From assembly GCA_016290325.1 (NCBI GenBank), contig JAEETL010000005.1:5019-69018 (forward strand): 64,000 nucleotides of DNA. Direction: 5' to 3'. Positions within the stretch are counted from its first letter, which is position 1, and the number at the start of each line of letters is the position of its first letter. This DNA is from Muribaculaceae bacterium (GTDB taxonomy: Bacteria > Bacteroidota > Bacteroidia > Bacteroidales > Muribaculaceae). The translations under genes were made by a program, and so were the position numbers. Below the pieces are notes generated by a model. That model did no database searches and was not told the origin of the DNA. It worked only from the letters and a program-made list of their open reading frames with translations. Positions 24,703-34,388 of this stretch are shown here, piece by piece.

Positions 24703-26571
24703 ATGAAGAAATTATCTGTACTCTTGGTTGCCATGGCAGTTGCTGTAAGTGCATCGGCAGGTGTAACCAAATTAGTGAAGAGTGAAATGAGTGCAAAGCA
24801 AGTAAAGGCTAAGGCCGAACTTCGCGAGGCCAACAGGTTCACTCGTGGTAGCCAGACCCTCGTTCAGGGTATGAATGTTCAAGCTATGGATTGGTCGGTT
24901 CGTCCCGCCAGCCACGTTTTGAGGGATGGTGCATCTCTCTTCTGGGACTTTGAGACTCAGGCTCAGGCTGATGAGTGGACCATGTGGGACAATGATGGTG
25001 ACGGCTACGGCTGGCAGTACTTCAACATGACCGGTGTTGAGACTGGCCGTATGACTCCCTACAGTGGTGAAGGCCTTATGGCATCAGCAAGCTATGACAA
25101 CGAACTTCAGATCGCCCTGTATCCCGACAACTGGCTGATTTCACCCGTTGTAACTCTCAACAAGACTTTGTCATTCTATGCAGCAGGTCAGGATGCCAGC
25201 TACGCAGCCGAGAAGTTCTCGGTATATGTTTGCGTTGGCCAGCCCACCGGCGTTAACGATTTCGTACAGGTTGGTGTCGAGAGGACTGCTACTGGTAGCT
25301 ATACCAAGTATCAGTATGACCTGAGCGAGTATGCAGGTCAGGAAGGCTGCATCGCCATCCGCCACTACAATGTTACCGACATGTTCTGGCTGAACATTGA
25401 CGATGTTGCTATCAACGACGACGAGCTTGAGCCCGAGCCCGAGATCCCCACCGTTATTTATGACATCCCCGAGGGTTGCGTTGTTAAGACCTACTGGCGC
25501 AACAGTGCTTGCATCTACAGCAGCATCTTTGGCATTGGCCAGACCGCAACCGACGGCAAGTTCAATATTGCCTTCGACGAGGCTAATGGTGAGGTTTACG
25601 TTCAGAACCCCTCTTGGTGGAATGACACCTATGACACCTGGGTAAAGGGTACCTATGATGCAGCTACTGGCATCATCACTATCCCCACTGGCCAGTACCT
25701 GATGTACTCTGACTACGGCTACGGCATCGTTCTTGGCCTGGGTTCAACCTATGTTTATGAGGAGGATGGCGAGACCTACATGGGCTACGAGATCAACGAT
25801 CGCGATACCGAGTTCCAGATGATGGTCGATGGTGACAACATCTATCTGCTGGGCACCGAGGGCGACGTTAACGCTGAGTTCCCCTTGAACTACAATGCTA
25901 CCGGTCTGATGACTTATTACAGCGACGACCTGAGCATGACATCCCTTGAGTTCTGCTACTTTGACGAGGAAGGCAATCCTCTGCCCTTCGGTATGAACTT
26001 CGAGCTCGCTCCTGCTGTTCCCGCTAATCCCAGCGCTGACGAGTGGTATGACTGTGGTGACGAGACTGGTTACAGCCGCTTCTACTTCACCCTGCCCAAA
26101 ACCGATGTTGATGGCAACATGATCGATCCCAGCCTCTTGAGCTACAGCATCTTTATTGACAACGGTAACGGTCCTGAGATCTTCCACTTCACTGGTGATG
26201 ACTACACCTATGACCTGTACCCTGATGATGACATCACCGAGGTTCCCTACGAGCTCTACACCAACGCTGTTGACTTCAGCACCTACTATGTTTACATGTA
26301 TCGCACCAACATGGAGGGTTACGAGCCCCTGTTCACCAAGAACATCGGTATCCAGGTTTACTACACCGTTGACGGTGAGAGGAACGCTTCTGAGATCGTT
26401 TGGCTGTATGACACTCCCGTTAACGTTGACGAGCTCAACGCTGGCAAGACCGTTGCTAACGTACGCTACTTCAACGTAGCTGGTCAAGAGGTAGCTCAGC
26501 CCGAGGGCATGGCTATCAAGGTGATCACCTACACCGACGGCACCAAGAGCGCTGTTAAGGTTGTGAAGTAA
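24703..26571 (+). CDS. secreted T9SS cargo protein: signal peptide, choice-of-anchor-J/cleaved-adhesin-like N-domain, shared central modules, T9SS type A C-terminal sorting domain
   Basis: Signal peptide MKKLSVLLVAMAVAVSASAG. WDFE..WTMWDNDGDGYGWQY..NWLISP..IAIRHYN..WLNIDDV resembles the adhesin/CoA-J domain. The tail NVRYFNVAGQEVAQPEGMAIKVITYTDGTKSAVKVVK is a T9SS CTD. Confidence 0.85.
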   Translation: MKKLSVLLVAMAVAVSASAGVTKLVKSEMSAKQVKAKAELREANRFTRGSQTLVQGMNVQAMDWSVRPASHVLRDGASLFWDFETQAQADEWTMWDNDGDGYGWQYFNMTGVETGRMTPYSGEGLMASASYDNELQIALYPDNWLISPVVTLNKTLSFYAAGQDASYAAEKFSVYVCVGQPTGVNDFVQVGVERTATGSYTKYQYDLSEYAGQEGCIAIRHYNVTDMFWLNIDDVAINDDELEPEPEIPTVIYDIPEGCVVKTYWRNSACIYSSIFGIGQTATDGKFNIAFDEANGEVYVQNPSWWNDTYDTWVKGTYDAATGIITIPTGQYLMYSDYGYGIVLGLGSTYVYEEDGETYMGYEINDRDTEFQMMVDGDNIYLLGTEGDVNAEFPLNYNATGLMTYYSDDLSMTSLEFCYFDEEGNPLPFGMNFELAPAVPANPSADEWYDCGDETGYSRFYFTLPKTDVDGNMIDPSLLSYSIFIDNGNGPEIFHFTGDDYTYDLYPDDDITEVPYELYTNAVDFSTYYVYMYRTNMEGYEPLFTKNIGIQVYYTVDGERNASEIVWLYDTPVNVDELNAGKTVANVRYFNVAGQEVAQPEGMAIKVITYTDGTKSAVKVVK

Positions 26572-26595
26572 GCTATTAGCTTCAACAATTTATCT

Positions 26596-26625
26596 AGTAG
26601 AGACGCAAGATTTTGCGTCTCTACT
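26596..26625. terminator. conserved 30-nt palindromic hairpin terminator, copy 3
   Basis: Identical to copy 2. Confidence 0.7.
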
Positions 26626-26807
26626 TTTCTATTGGCCCAAACGCCAATTTCTTTCCCTTTGAATGGGGGCAAATCGACTTGTCGGTAGTTGCCATACAGG
26701 TTGATTTAGTTGTCCCCAAGAACTGTTAAAATCATTTCCCTAAGCCATCTATTGATTTTTTTAGCAAAAATTCGGCTACCATATTTGGTATAATAAATTT
26801 TAGTTTG

Positions 26808-26815
26808 TATTTTTG
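26808..26815 (+). promoter_or_regulatory. -7 box TAttTTTG for T9SS cargo gene 2
   Basis: Exact match within a leader homologous to that of gene 1. Confidence 0.45.
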
Positions 26816-26911
26816 CGCCTAATTAAAACTACCATTTCTTGTAATAAACCATCAATGATTTATTATTTAGTGTATTAACTACCTTTTTTTTAACTTAATT
26901 TCGTTTTCATT

Positions 26912-28750
26912 ATGAAGAAATTATCAGTACTTTTGGTTGCTATGGCAGTGGCTGTTAGTGCATCTGCAGGTGTGAACCTGAAGGCTAACCGCGCCATCAA
27001 GAGCAACAAAATCATGCCTAAGACCGAGATGACCAAGTCAACGGTTAAGGTGAATGACCTTAAGGCCAACACCCAGCTGCGTGCCACTATCGCAGATCCT
27101 GAGGGCGAGGCTAAAACCTACCTCCGCGCAGGTGGTTCTGTTTATGTTAGCGGTGGCTACATCACCTACGGTGAGCAGAGCAAGCGCATCGACATGGTTT
27201 ACGGTGAGAATGGCAAGGTTTACATGAAGAACCTGTTGTTCGGTAGCGGTGACCGCTTTGGTGACAACTGGGTTGAGGGTCAGCTCAACGAGGATGGTAC
27301 CATCATCACTGTCGAGATGGGCCAGTCAATCTATTGGAGCGATGAGTACCAGGCTGACGTCGTTCTGTGCTGGGGTTCAACCATTGTAGAGGGCACCACC
27401 CTGTCAATGATTCCCGACGATCGCGTGACCGAGGTTGAGTTCGCTGTTGACGGCGAGACCATCACCATGCTTGGTGACATGGCTGCTCCCGATCCCGAAA
27501 GTGGTCACGAGTACTACCAGTACGAGGCCACCGGTCTGACCTGCATCTGGACCGATGACGACAGCTGGGGTGGTCACCTTGACTACAACAGTGTCTTCAC
27601 CGAGACCGAGGCTCCCGTTGCTCCCACCATCATCACCGAGATCCCCGAGGGTTGCGTGGTTAACACCTACTATCGCAACAGTGCTTGCATCTACAACAGC
27701 ATCTTTGGCATTGGCGAACAAGCTACCGACGGCAAGTTGATTGTTGCCTTCGACGAGGCCAATGGCGAAGTTTACATCCAGAACCCCGCTTGGTGGCACG
27801 ACAGCTATAACAGCTGGGTAAAGGGTACCTATGATGCTGAAACCGGCATCATCACCATCCCCGCTGGCCAATACCTGACCTACAGCGAAGCTTATGAGTA
27901 TGGTATCGTCCTCGGTTGGGGTAGCACCTACACCTACATCGACACCGACGAGAATGGCGAGGAAGGCTACTACCTTGGCTATGAGATCGACGAGCGCACC
28001 ACCGAGATTCAGTTCATGATCGATGGCGACAAGATCTATCTGCTGGGTTGCGAGGGCGACATGAATGCCGAGTTCCCCGAGAGCTACAACGCTACCGGTT
28101 TGATGACTTATTACAACGACGACCTGAGCATGACCGCTCTCGAGTTCACCAACCCCGGTGAGGCCATCGGCCAAATGGTTAACCTCGTTCCCGCTGTTCC
28201 CGCTAATCCTAGCGCTGACGAGTGGTATGACTGCGGTGACGAGACTGGCTTCAGCCGCTTCTACTTCACCATGCCCACCACCGATGTTGATGGCAACATG
28301 CTCGATCCCGAGTACCTGAGCTACAGCGTCTTCGTCGACAACGGTAATGGTCCCGAGATCTTCCACTTCACTGGTGCTGACTACACCTATGACCTGGCAG
28401 CCGAGGATGACATCACCGAGGTTACCTATGACCTCTACAGCAACGCTGTAGACTTCAAGAACTACTTCGTTTACATGTATCGCACCAACGCTGAGGGTTA
28501 CGAGCCCCTGTTCACCAAGAACATCGGTATCCAGGTTTACTACACCGTAGAAGGTGAGAAGAACGCTTCCGACATCGTTTGGTTGTATGACAACAACGTT
28601 AACGTTGACGAGCTCAACGCTGGCAAGACTGTTGCTAACGTACGCTACTTCAACGTAGCTGGTCAGGAGATGGCACAGCCCGAGGGCATCGCTATCAAGG
28701 TGATCACCTACACCGACGGCAGCAAGAGCGCTGTTAAGGTTGTGAAGTAA
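26912..28750 (+). CDS. secreted T9SS cargo protein, tandem paralog with a different N-terminal domain
   Basis: The signal peptide is identical to gene 1. The last ~375 aa are about 80 percent identical to gene 1 by eye. The N-terminal part is instead an extra copy of the ..VY(I/M)(Q/K)N..WV.G..G.I..P.GQ....WGST module. Confidence 0.85.
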   Translation: MKKLSVLLVAMAVAVSASAGVNLKANRAIKSNKIMPKTEMTKSTVKVNDLKANTQLRATIADPEGEAKTYLRAGGSVYVSGGYITYGEQSKRIDMVYGENGKVYMKNLLFGSGDRFGDNWVEGQLNEDGTIITVEMGQSIYWSDEYQADVVLCWGSTIVEGTTLSMIPDDRVTEVEFAVDGETITMLGDMAAPDPESGHEYYQYEATGLTCIWTDDDSWGGHLDYNSVFTETEAPVAPTIITEIPEGCVVNTYYRNSACIYNSIFGIGEQATDGKLIVAFDEANGEVYIQNPAWWHDSYNSWVKGTYDAETGIITIPAGQYLTYSEAYEYGIVLGWGSTYTYIDTDENGEEGYYLGYEIDERTTEIQFMIDGDKIYLLGCEGDMNAEFPESYNATGLMTYYNDDLSMTALEFTNPGEAIGQMVNLVPAVPANPSADEWYDCGDETGFSRFYFTMPTTDVDGNMLDPEYLSYSVFVDNGNGPEIFHFTGADYTYDLAAEDDITEVTYDLYSNAVDFKNYFVYMYRTNAEGYEPLFTKNIGIQVYYTVEGEKNASDIVWLYDNNVNVDELNAGKTVANVRYFNVAGQEMAQPEGIAIKVITYTDGSKSAVKVVK

Positions 28751-28774
28751 GCCATTAGCTTCAACAATTTATCT

Positions 28775-28804
28775 AGTAGAGACGCAAAATTTTGCGTCTC
28801 TACT
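28775..28804. terminator. conserved 30-nt palindromic hairpin terminator, copy 4
   Basis: AGTAGAGACGCAAAATTTTGCGTCTCTACT followed by a T-run. Confidence 0.7.
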
Positions 28805-28840
28805 TTTTTTATTGGACCAAAGGCAGTAACTTTGTCGGGT

Positions 28841-29305
28841 ATGGAAAAAGAAGCAAATTATCAGTTGCTGGCCAAGCAGGTCGATAGCCTGCTTGAGGGC
28901 GAGGACAACGTCATGGGTCAGTTGGCCAATGCAGCCGCGATCATCCACGACACCTTGCACGCATGGTGGACAGGTTTTTATGTGGTCAAAGGTGAAGAAT
29001 TACTTTTAGGACCGTTTCAGGGGCCTGTGGCCTGCTACCGCATCAAGCGAGGCCGGGGCGTGTGTGGTACGGCATGGCAAGAAAACCGCACCCTCGTCGT
29101 CCCCGACGTGGAACAGTTCCCTGGTCACATCGCCTGCAGCAGTCTGTCTCGAAGCGAGATTGTCGTCCCCTTGCGCGACAGCCAGGGCGAAGTCATCGCC
29201 GTGCTCGATATCGACAGCCGTGAGTTAGCAGCCTTTGACGACGTGGACGCCCGCGGTCTTGAAGTCGTCTGCCACGCCATCGAGCGACATGCCTTCAAAT
29301 CTTAA
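28841..29305 (+). CDS. msrC: GAF domain free methionine-(R)-sulfoxide reductase
   Basis: GFY..LGPFQG..AC..I..GRGVCGTAW....VPDV..FPGHIACS..S.SEIVVPL signature. The start is set to ATG 28841 because ORF-track start 28832 lies inside a TAacTTTG box. Confidence 0.8.
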   Translation: MEKEANYQLLAKQVDSLLEGEDNVMGQLANAAAIIHDTLHAWWTGFYVVKGEELLLGPFQGPVACYRIKRGRGVCGTAWQENRTLVVPDVEQFPGHIACSSLSRSEIVVPLRDSQGEVIAVLDIDSRELAAFDDVDARGLEVVCHAIERHAFKS

Positions 29306-29323
29306 ATATTTACTTTAGATTTT

Positions 29324-30616
29324 ATGAGCTACGAACCTCTTGCTGAGCGATTGCGACCACGGTCGCTTGATGATTACATCGGGCAACGCCACCTGGTGGG
29401 CGAGGGTGCCGTGATTCGTCGCATGATCGAGAGCGGCAACATCTCGTCATTCATCCTGTGGGGACCGCCAGGAGTGGGCAAGACCACACTGGCGCGCATC
29501 ATCGCCGAGCAGACCCAAGTGCCGTTCTACACCCTCAGTGCCGTCACATCGGGCGTGAAGGACGTGCGCGAGATACTCGACCGCTGCCAAGCCGACGCGC
29601 GAAGCGTGTTTGCCAAGGGGCGCCCAATCCTGTTCATCGACGAGATCCACCGCTTCAACAAGTCGCAGCAGGATTCGTTGCTCGGCGCAGTGGAGCGCGG
29701 CACGGTCACGCTCATTGGGGCGACGACCGAGAACCCCTCGTTTGAGGTCATCCGCCCCCTACTCTCTCGCGCCCAAGTTTATGTGCTCAACCCGCTGGAC
29801 CGCGACGACCTCCTGCAACTGCTGGACCATGCCTTGAAGACCGACAAGATGTTCCAGGGGCGTGAGGTGCGTGTGGAGCAAACCGAGGCGTTGCTGCGCT
29901 TTGCAGGTGGCGACGCACGCAAACTGCTCAACATCCTAGACCTCATCCTGCAATCGCTTCAGGACAGCGAGCCCTTTGTAATTACCGATGACATTGTTAC
30001 CAGCCGCTTGCAGCAAAACCCGCTCGCCTTTGACAAGAACGGCGAGATGCACTATGACATCATCTCGGCCTTCATTAAATGCATACGCGGCAGCGATCCC
30101 GATGCGGCAGTTTACTGGCTGGCTAGGCTCATCGCTGGCGGTGAAGACCCCAAGTTTATCGCGCGGCGGTTGTGCATCCTTGCTGCCGAGGATATTGGCC
30201 TGGCTAACCCCAACGCGCTGCTGCTGGCCAATGCCACATTTGACATCATCAATAAGATCGGCTGGCCCGAGGGACGCATCCCCCTGAGCGAATGTGCCAT
30301 CTACCTCGCCACCAGTGCCAAGAGCAACAGTGCCTACCTGGCCATTGACAGTGCGCTGGCTCTGGTCAATGAGACGGGCAACGCGCCCGTGCCATTGCAC
30401 CTGCGCAATGCCCCCACGGGACTCATGGAGCAACTGGGATACGGCAAGGATTACATGTATGCCCACGACTATCCAGGGCATTTCGTCAAGCAGGAATATA
30501 TGCCCGCCGAACTGAATCACCCGCAGTTGTGGCATCCGCAGGACAACCCTAGCGAGAACCAAATGGCCGCACGCCAGCAAAGCCGATGGGGCAAGCCCAA
30601 CGACAAGAATTCTTAA
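29324..30616 (+). CDS. rarA: replication-associated recombination protein A (AAA+ ATPase)
   Basis: LAERLRP.SLDDYIGQ.HL, Walker A GPPGVGKTT, ILFIDEIHRFNK, MgsA C-terminal domain. Confidence 0.95.
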   Translation: MSYEPLAERLRPRSLDDYIGQRHLVGEGAVIRRMIESGNISSFILWGPPGVGKTTLARIIAEQTQVPFYTLSAVTSGVKDVREILDRCQADARSVFAKGRPILFIDEIHRFNKSQQDSLLGAVERGTVTLIGATTENPSFEVIRPLLSRAQVYVLNPLDRDDLLQLLDHALKTDKMFQGREVRVEQTEALLRFAGGDARKLLNILDLILQSLQDSEPFVITDDIVTSRLQQNPLAFDKNGEMHYDIISAFIKCIRGSDPDAAVYWLARLIAGGEDPKFIARRLCILAAEDIGLANPNALLLANATFDIINKIGWPEGRIPLSECAIYLATSAKSNSAYLAIDSALALVNETGNAPVPLHLRNAPTGLMEQLGYGKDYMYAHDYPGHFVKQEYMPAELNHPQLWHPQDNPSENQMAARQQSRWGKPNDKNS

Positions 30617-30663
30617 TCTCTAATCACTGCTGTCAGTAAATCCGATAGGCCCTATACTCTTTC

Positions 30664-33543
30664 CTATTCTCCGTTGCGCGCCTGAGTGGGCGTCATCTTG
30701 TAGTAATTACGGAACACCCTCGAGAAATAGGCGACATCGACAAAGCCACACTTCTCAGCCACGTCGCCGATGAGCATATCGGGATTCTTCTTGAGCAAGC
30801 GCATGGCTTTCTCCATACGCAACTGGGATATGAACGCTGTTACATTCTTGCCGGTAAGGGTTTGGATGCGTTGTTTGAGCTGACTCTCACCGATCTTGAA
30901 CGCTAACGCGATTTTATCCAAATCGGGCTTTGTCTCACCGCTGGCAAACTGTTCATCAACCAGTTGAGCAAAACGGTACAAGAATGACCTGTCATCAAGA
31001 CTCACATCAGCGCTCAAGGCTGGAGCAATGGTGACATTAGCGCTTTCGGGGGCCCGCTTCAACTGGCCTCGCACTACCAGATGGTCAACCCATGCCAGCA
31101 ATTCCAAGCCCACAAACGGTTTAACCAAGTAAACATCGGCGCCGGCTTTGATGCCTTTAATGCGGTCGGCGCTGCCAGTACGGGCGCTGAGCATGAGAAT
31201 AGGAATATCACATAACTGGCTGTTCGCCCTGATCTTGCGGCACATCTCACAACCGTCCATCTGGGGCATCTTCACGTCGGTGATCAGCACAGCGGGATTC
31301 AACTCCAACGCCCTGGCCAGGCCTTGCTCGCCATCATAGGCATATTGCACATCATAATTGTCCTTAAGGACACTTCCCACCAGATGGGCCACATCATTAT
31401 GATCCTCGACAACAAGCACCACAGGTTTACCCTTGCTGCAACCCTCTTCCAGCACATCGGGAGCCTCATTTCGGCGAGCGCCTTGCACAAACTTGACCGC
31501 GGTATCTACGACACTGTCAAAACGTTCTTTCACGTCCTGCTCTTGCTTGCACGGCAATTTAACGGTAAACACGGCACCTTGATCCTTCATGCTGTCCACA
31601 GCTACCGTGCCGCCCATCGCCATTACCATGTCACGTACAACCGTCAGGCCGATGCCCATACCCTCGACCAGTCGCTCGGCCTCGGTCGAACGGTAGAACG
31701 GCTCAAACACATGGAGCAGATCTTCCTTTCTGATGCCCATACCGTTATCGGCTACCCTGATGATAAACATACCCCCATCGACCCGAGAGGTCACCGTTAT
31801 CTTACAGAACTCGCGGCAATAGTTCAGGGAATTGTCCACAAGACTGCCCACAATAGTACTCAGGTAACTGGGCACCATGTCAATCTCAACACTATCCTCA
31901 AGAGGGGCATAGATGAGCTCGATATGGCGTTCCACACACTGCTCACGGTATTTCTCCAATGTCATGCGCATGAATGCCACCACGTCGCCTCGGCGCCACT
32001 CGAGATCATTAATCCTACTGCGCACGCTACCCACTTCCAGAATGCGGTCCACGAGCAGCAGCAGGTTATGAACCTGACGATCAATTATCTCGACATTCTT
32101 TCGTTGCTCAGGGGGAACATCGGCAGTATCTGCGTGGGTCACGATATTGTCGGCCGCACCCATGATAGCGGCCAAGGGTGTACGCAACAAGTGAACCACA
32201 TTAGTGAAGAACAACGAGCGTGTCTCCTCCACCTGGCTCATGAGACGCTGCGTGCGGTTCCTTACCCTCATGGCATAGACCAGAGCGGCAATGATACCGC
32301 CGGCCATGAGCAACAACGCGAGGATAAACAGGAATTGCATGTTGCGCATGCGTTTCAAGTGGGTAATATCCTTGTTGAGCAGGTCAACCTGTCCCGAAGC
32401 GCGAGTGCGTTCATAGTCCACAAACTGCGAGCGCATTTCATCATTTTTCTTCAGGCCATAAACGCTGTCGAGTAGCTCTGTTCCTTTCACATAGTGATCC
32501 AATGCCTCCTGTGGGTTACCCTCAAGCCGCGCAAGCTCGTAATGCGTCAAGTGGCCACGTGCCTGGTGTTCACGGCTACCTATAAGTAACGCCTCGGCCT
32601 CGGCCTGTTGCAGGTACTCCTGTGCTTCTTCCTTCTCTCCCATCTTGATGCTCACGCGGGCCAATGCCAAACATGACTCAAGCCAGTACCACCGCTCATT
32701 CAGGTCTTTCAACTGATCATAGGCTTTGTGGTACTCGTCGATGGCGTGAGAGAAGCGGCGTTCATCCTCGTGCAACTCGCCAAAGTGCAAGTGACACAAA
32801 GCGATACCTATCTTATTGTCAGCCATTTGATTGCACTCTAAAGACTTGCGATAATAGTACCAAGCGGAATCCAACTGACCAAAAGCCTGCTTGACTGCTC
32901 CCAACCGGGAATAGTTCACTGCTTTCCCCACATCGCGGCCAAGCTTGATTTCTCCTTGAAGCGCCTCGTGAAACACACTGTCGGCTATCGGATAATTGCA
33001 CATATCAATCTCAATCATACCGATGCCGTTGAGCGTCTTCACACGCATCGACAAAGCCTCCTCGCTCTCATGTTTACTGTAGGCGTCGGTCAGTTTGAGT
33101 GCCCTGATCAGATGGTCATTGGCGATGGTCAAATCGCCTTGACGGCGACAGTCGGTGCCCAGGTCGTTAAGTGCCTCTACCATCTCGATAGTGTCCTCGG
33201 CCACAATGGCTAAAGCCAGACAGCGGTTATGGGCCGCTATAGCATCATCAAAACGAGACTGTTTACGCATCTCCCGGCCATAGTACTTACTCGCGAGCAT
33301 CTCACCCATGACATCCTGCTCGGCATGATAGCTTCTCATCATCATGGCAAGGCTGTCGGCCGACGTCACATGGCCAATCATGCTGTCCAGCTGGGCATAA
33401 CGCACCTCATCACCATGACCAACTGAGCTACCGCGATGGCACGATTGCAGCGACAGCAATCCTCCCATAACCATCATCACGATGAGCACGGTTGGAAATA
33501 GGATTCTTTTTGACCTTGCAATGCAAGGACTGAGGTGTTTCAT
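30664..33543 (-). CDS. hybrid sensor histidine kinase / response regulator / AraC-type transcription factor with extracytoplasmic-side TPR sensor
   Basis: Domain order: signal/TM, TPR-like repeats, TM, HisKA (FFTNVVHLLRTPL), HATPase (DNGMGI..GMGIGL), receiver (VVEDHNDV...DVKMPQMDG), HTH_AraC. The start is set to ATG 33543, 41 nt after a TAttTTTG box. Confidence 0.85.
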   Translation of the reverse strand: MKHLSPCIARSKRILFPTVLIVMMVMGGLLSLQSCHRGSSVGHGDEVRYAQLDSMIGHVTSADSLAMMMRSYHAEQDVMGEMLASKYYGREMRKQSRFDDAIAAHNRCLALAIVAEDTIEMVEALNDLGTDCRRQGDLTIANDHLIRALKLTDAYSKHESEEALSMRVKTLNGIGMIEIDMCNYPIADSVFHEALQGEIKLGRDVGKAVNYSRLGAVKQAFGQLDSAWYYYRKSLECNQMADNKIGIALCHLHFGELHEDERRFSHAIDEYHKAYDQLKDLNERWYWLESCLALARVSIKMGEKEEAQEYLQQAEAEALLIGSREHQARGHLTHYELARLEGNPQEALDHYVKGTELLDSVYGLKKNDEMRSQFVDYERTRASGQVDLLNKDITHLKRMRNMQFLFILALLLMAGGIIAALVYAMRVRNRTQRLMSQVEETRSLFFTNVVHLLRTPLAAIMGAADNIVTHADTADVPPEQRKNVEIIDRQVHNLLLLVDRILEVGSVRSRINDLEWRRGDVVAFMRMTLEKYREQCVERHIELIYAPLEDSVEIDMVPSYLSTIVGSLVDNSLNYCREFCKITVTSRVDGGMFIIRVADNGMGIRKEDLLHVFEPFYRSTEAERLVEGMGIGLTVVRDMVMAMGGTVAVDSMKDQGAVFTVKLPCKQEQDVKERFDSVVDTAVKFVQGARRNEAPDVLEEGCSKGKPVVLVVEDHNDVAHLVGSVLKDNYDVQYAYDGEQGLARALELNPAVLITDVKMPQMDGCEMCRKIRANSQLCDIPILMLSARTGSADRIKGIKAGADVYLVKPFVGLELLAWVDHLVVRGQLKRAPESANVTIAPALSADVSLDDRSFLYRFAQLVDEQFASGETKPDLDKIALAFKIGESQLKQRIQTLTGKNVTAFISQLRMEKAMRLLKKNPDMLIGDVAEKCGFVDVAYFSRVFRNYYKMTPTQARNGE

Positions 33544-33810
33544 AACACGAGCAATATCACAAACAAGAAGTGAATAAGACGCGCAAAAATAACACTTATT
33601 TTGAAACAATCGGCTTGTTTTCACAAAATTTTTCACTATTTCATGGTAATCCCTCAGATAAACCCGTTTTTCACTCATTTTTCACCATTTTAGGCCACAT
33701 TTTTCACTCACAAAAAAACTACTGAAAAACAACAAAACCCAAAAACATCATTTTTTTAACGACCAGTAGCCCCATTATCGATTAATTTGCCTAATTTTGC
33801 AGGTTATCTC

Positions 33811-34350
33811 ATGGAAAAGAAAAAAAGCATATATCAACGCGCAGCTGAATGGGGTGTTCCATTCGGTCTTTACCTTGCTTGCGCGGCAATGCCATATATC
33901 TTCAGCGACTATTTTCCGCCGCTCAGTTTCTTGTTCATCATAATGGTACTTGGCATACCTTTCATCGTCGGCTATTTTCAGCGACGCAAATTCATTGAGG
34001 ATGACGGCTTTACCGAGTATGCGGGCCTGTGGATGCTAGGCATCATGCTGTTCTTGTTGGGAACGTTGGTGGCCAGCCTAATTGTCTATCTCGTGCTTCA
34101 ATATTTCAGGCCCACCTTCATGTATGACCAAGCTCAAGTGATTATCAACGCTTACAAGGACATGCCCGAGATGAAGAACAGTGACATGTTGCGAGTAATC
34201 AAGCGCATGGTGGATGAGAAACTCATGCCGTCACCCATCGAGGTCGTGATGAACATGTACTGGTTAATCACTTTCTCCGGGTCATTATTGAGCGCCATCA
34301 CAGCGTGGCCCGCCCAACGTGCAATCAAAAAAAGCCGCCGAAACAATTAA
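33811..34350 (+). CDS. DUF4199-like multi-pass membrane protein
   Basis: Four TM helices. Start at ATG 33811, 12 nt after TAatTTTG (33792-33799). Confidence 0.65.
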   Translation: MEKKKSIYQRAAEWGVPFGLYLACAAMPYIFSDYFPPLSFLFIIMVLGIPFIVGYFQRRKFIEDDGFTEYAGLWMLGIMLFLLGTLVASLIVYLVLQYFRPTFMYDQAQVIINAYKDMPEMKNSDMLRVIKRMVDEKLMPSPIEVVMNMYWLITFSGSLLSAITAWPAQRAIKKSRRNN

Positions 34351-34388
34351 TGCATATCACTATAAAACGATAATTTCTAGACAATTAT

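Noticed and set aside
27404-28366. Long antisense ORFs inside confidently called genes. Examples: 27404-28366, 25744-26487, 57402-58472, 31324-32475, 7712-8542, 14415-15170, 29936-30580, 59037-59684, 60634-61311, 20775-21344, 17769-18431, 16263-16862, 46239-46910.
   Set aside because: These are shadow frames opposite GC-rich, well-supported genes. Their translations are low-complexity (Val/Gly/Asp/His-rich) with no motifs, promoters or start context. The sense-strand products have clear family signatures.
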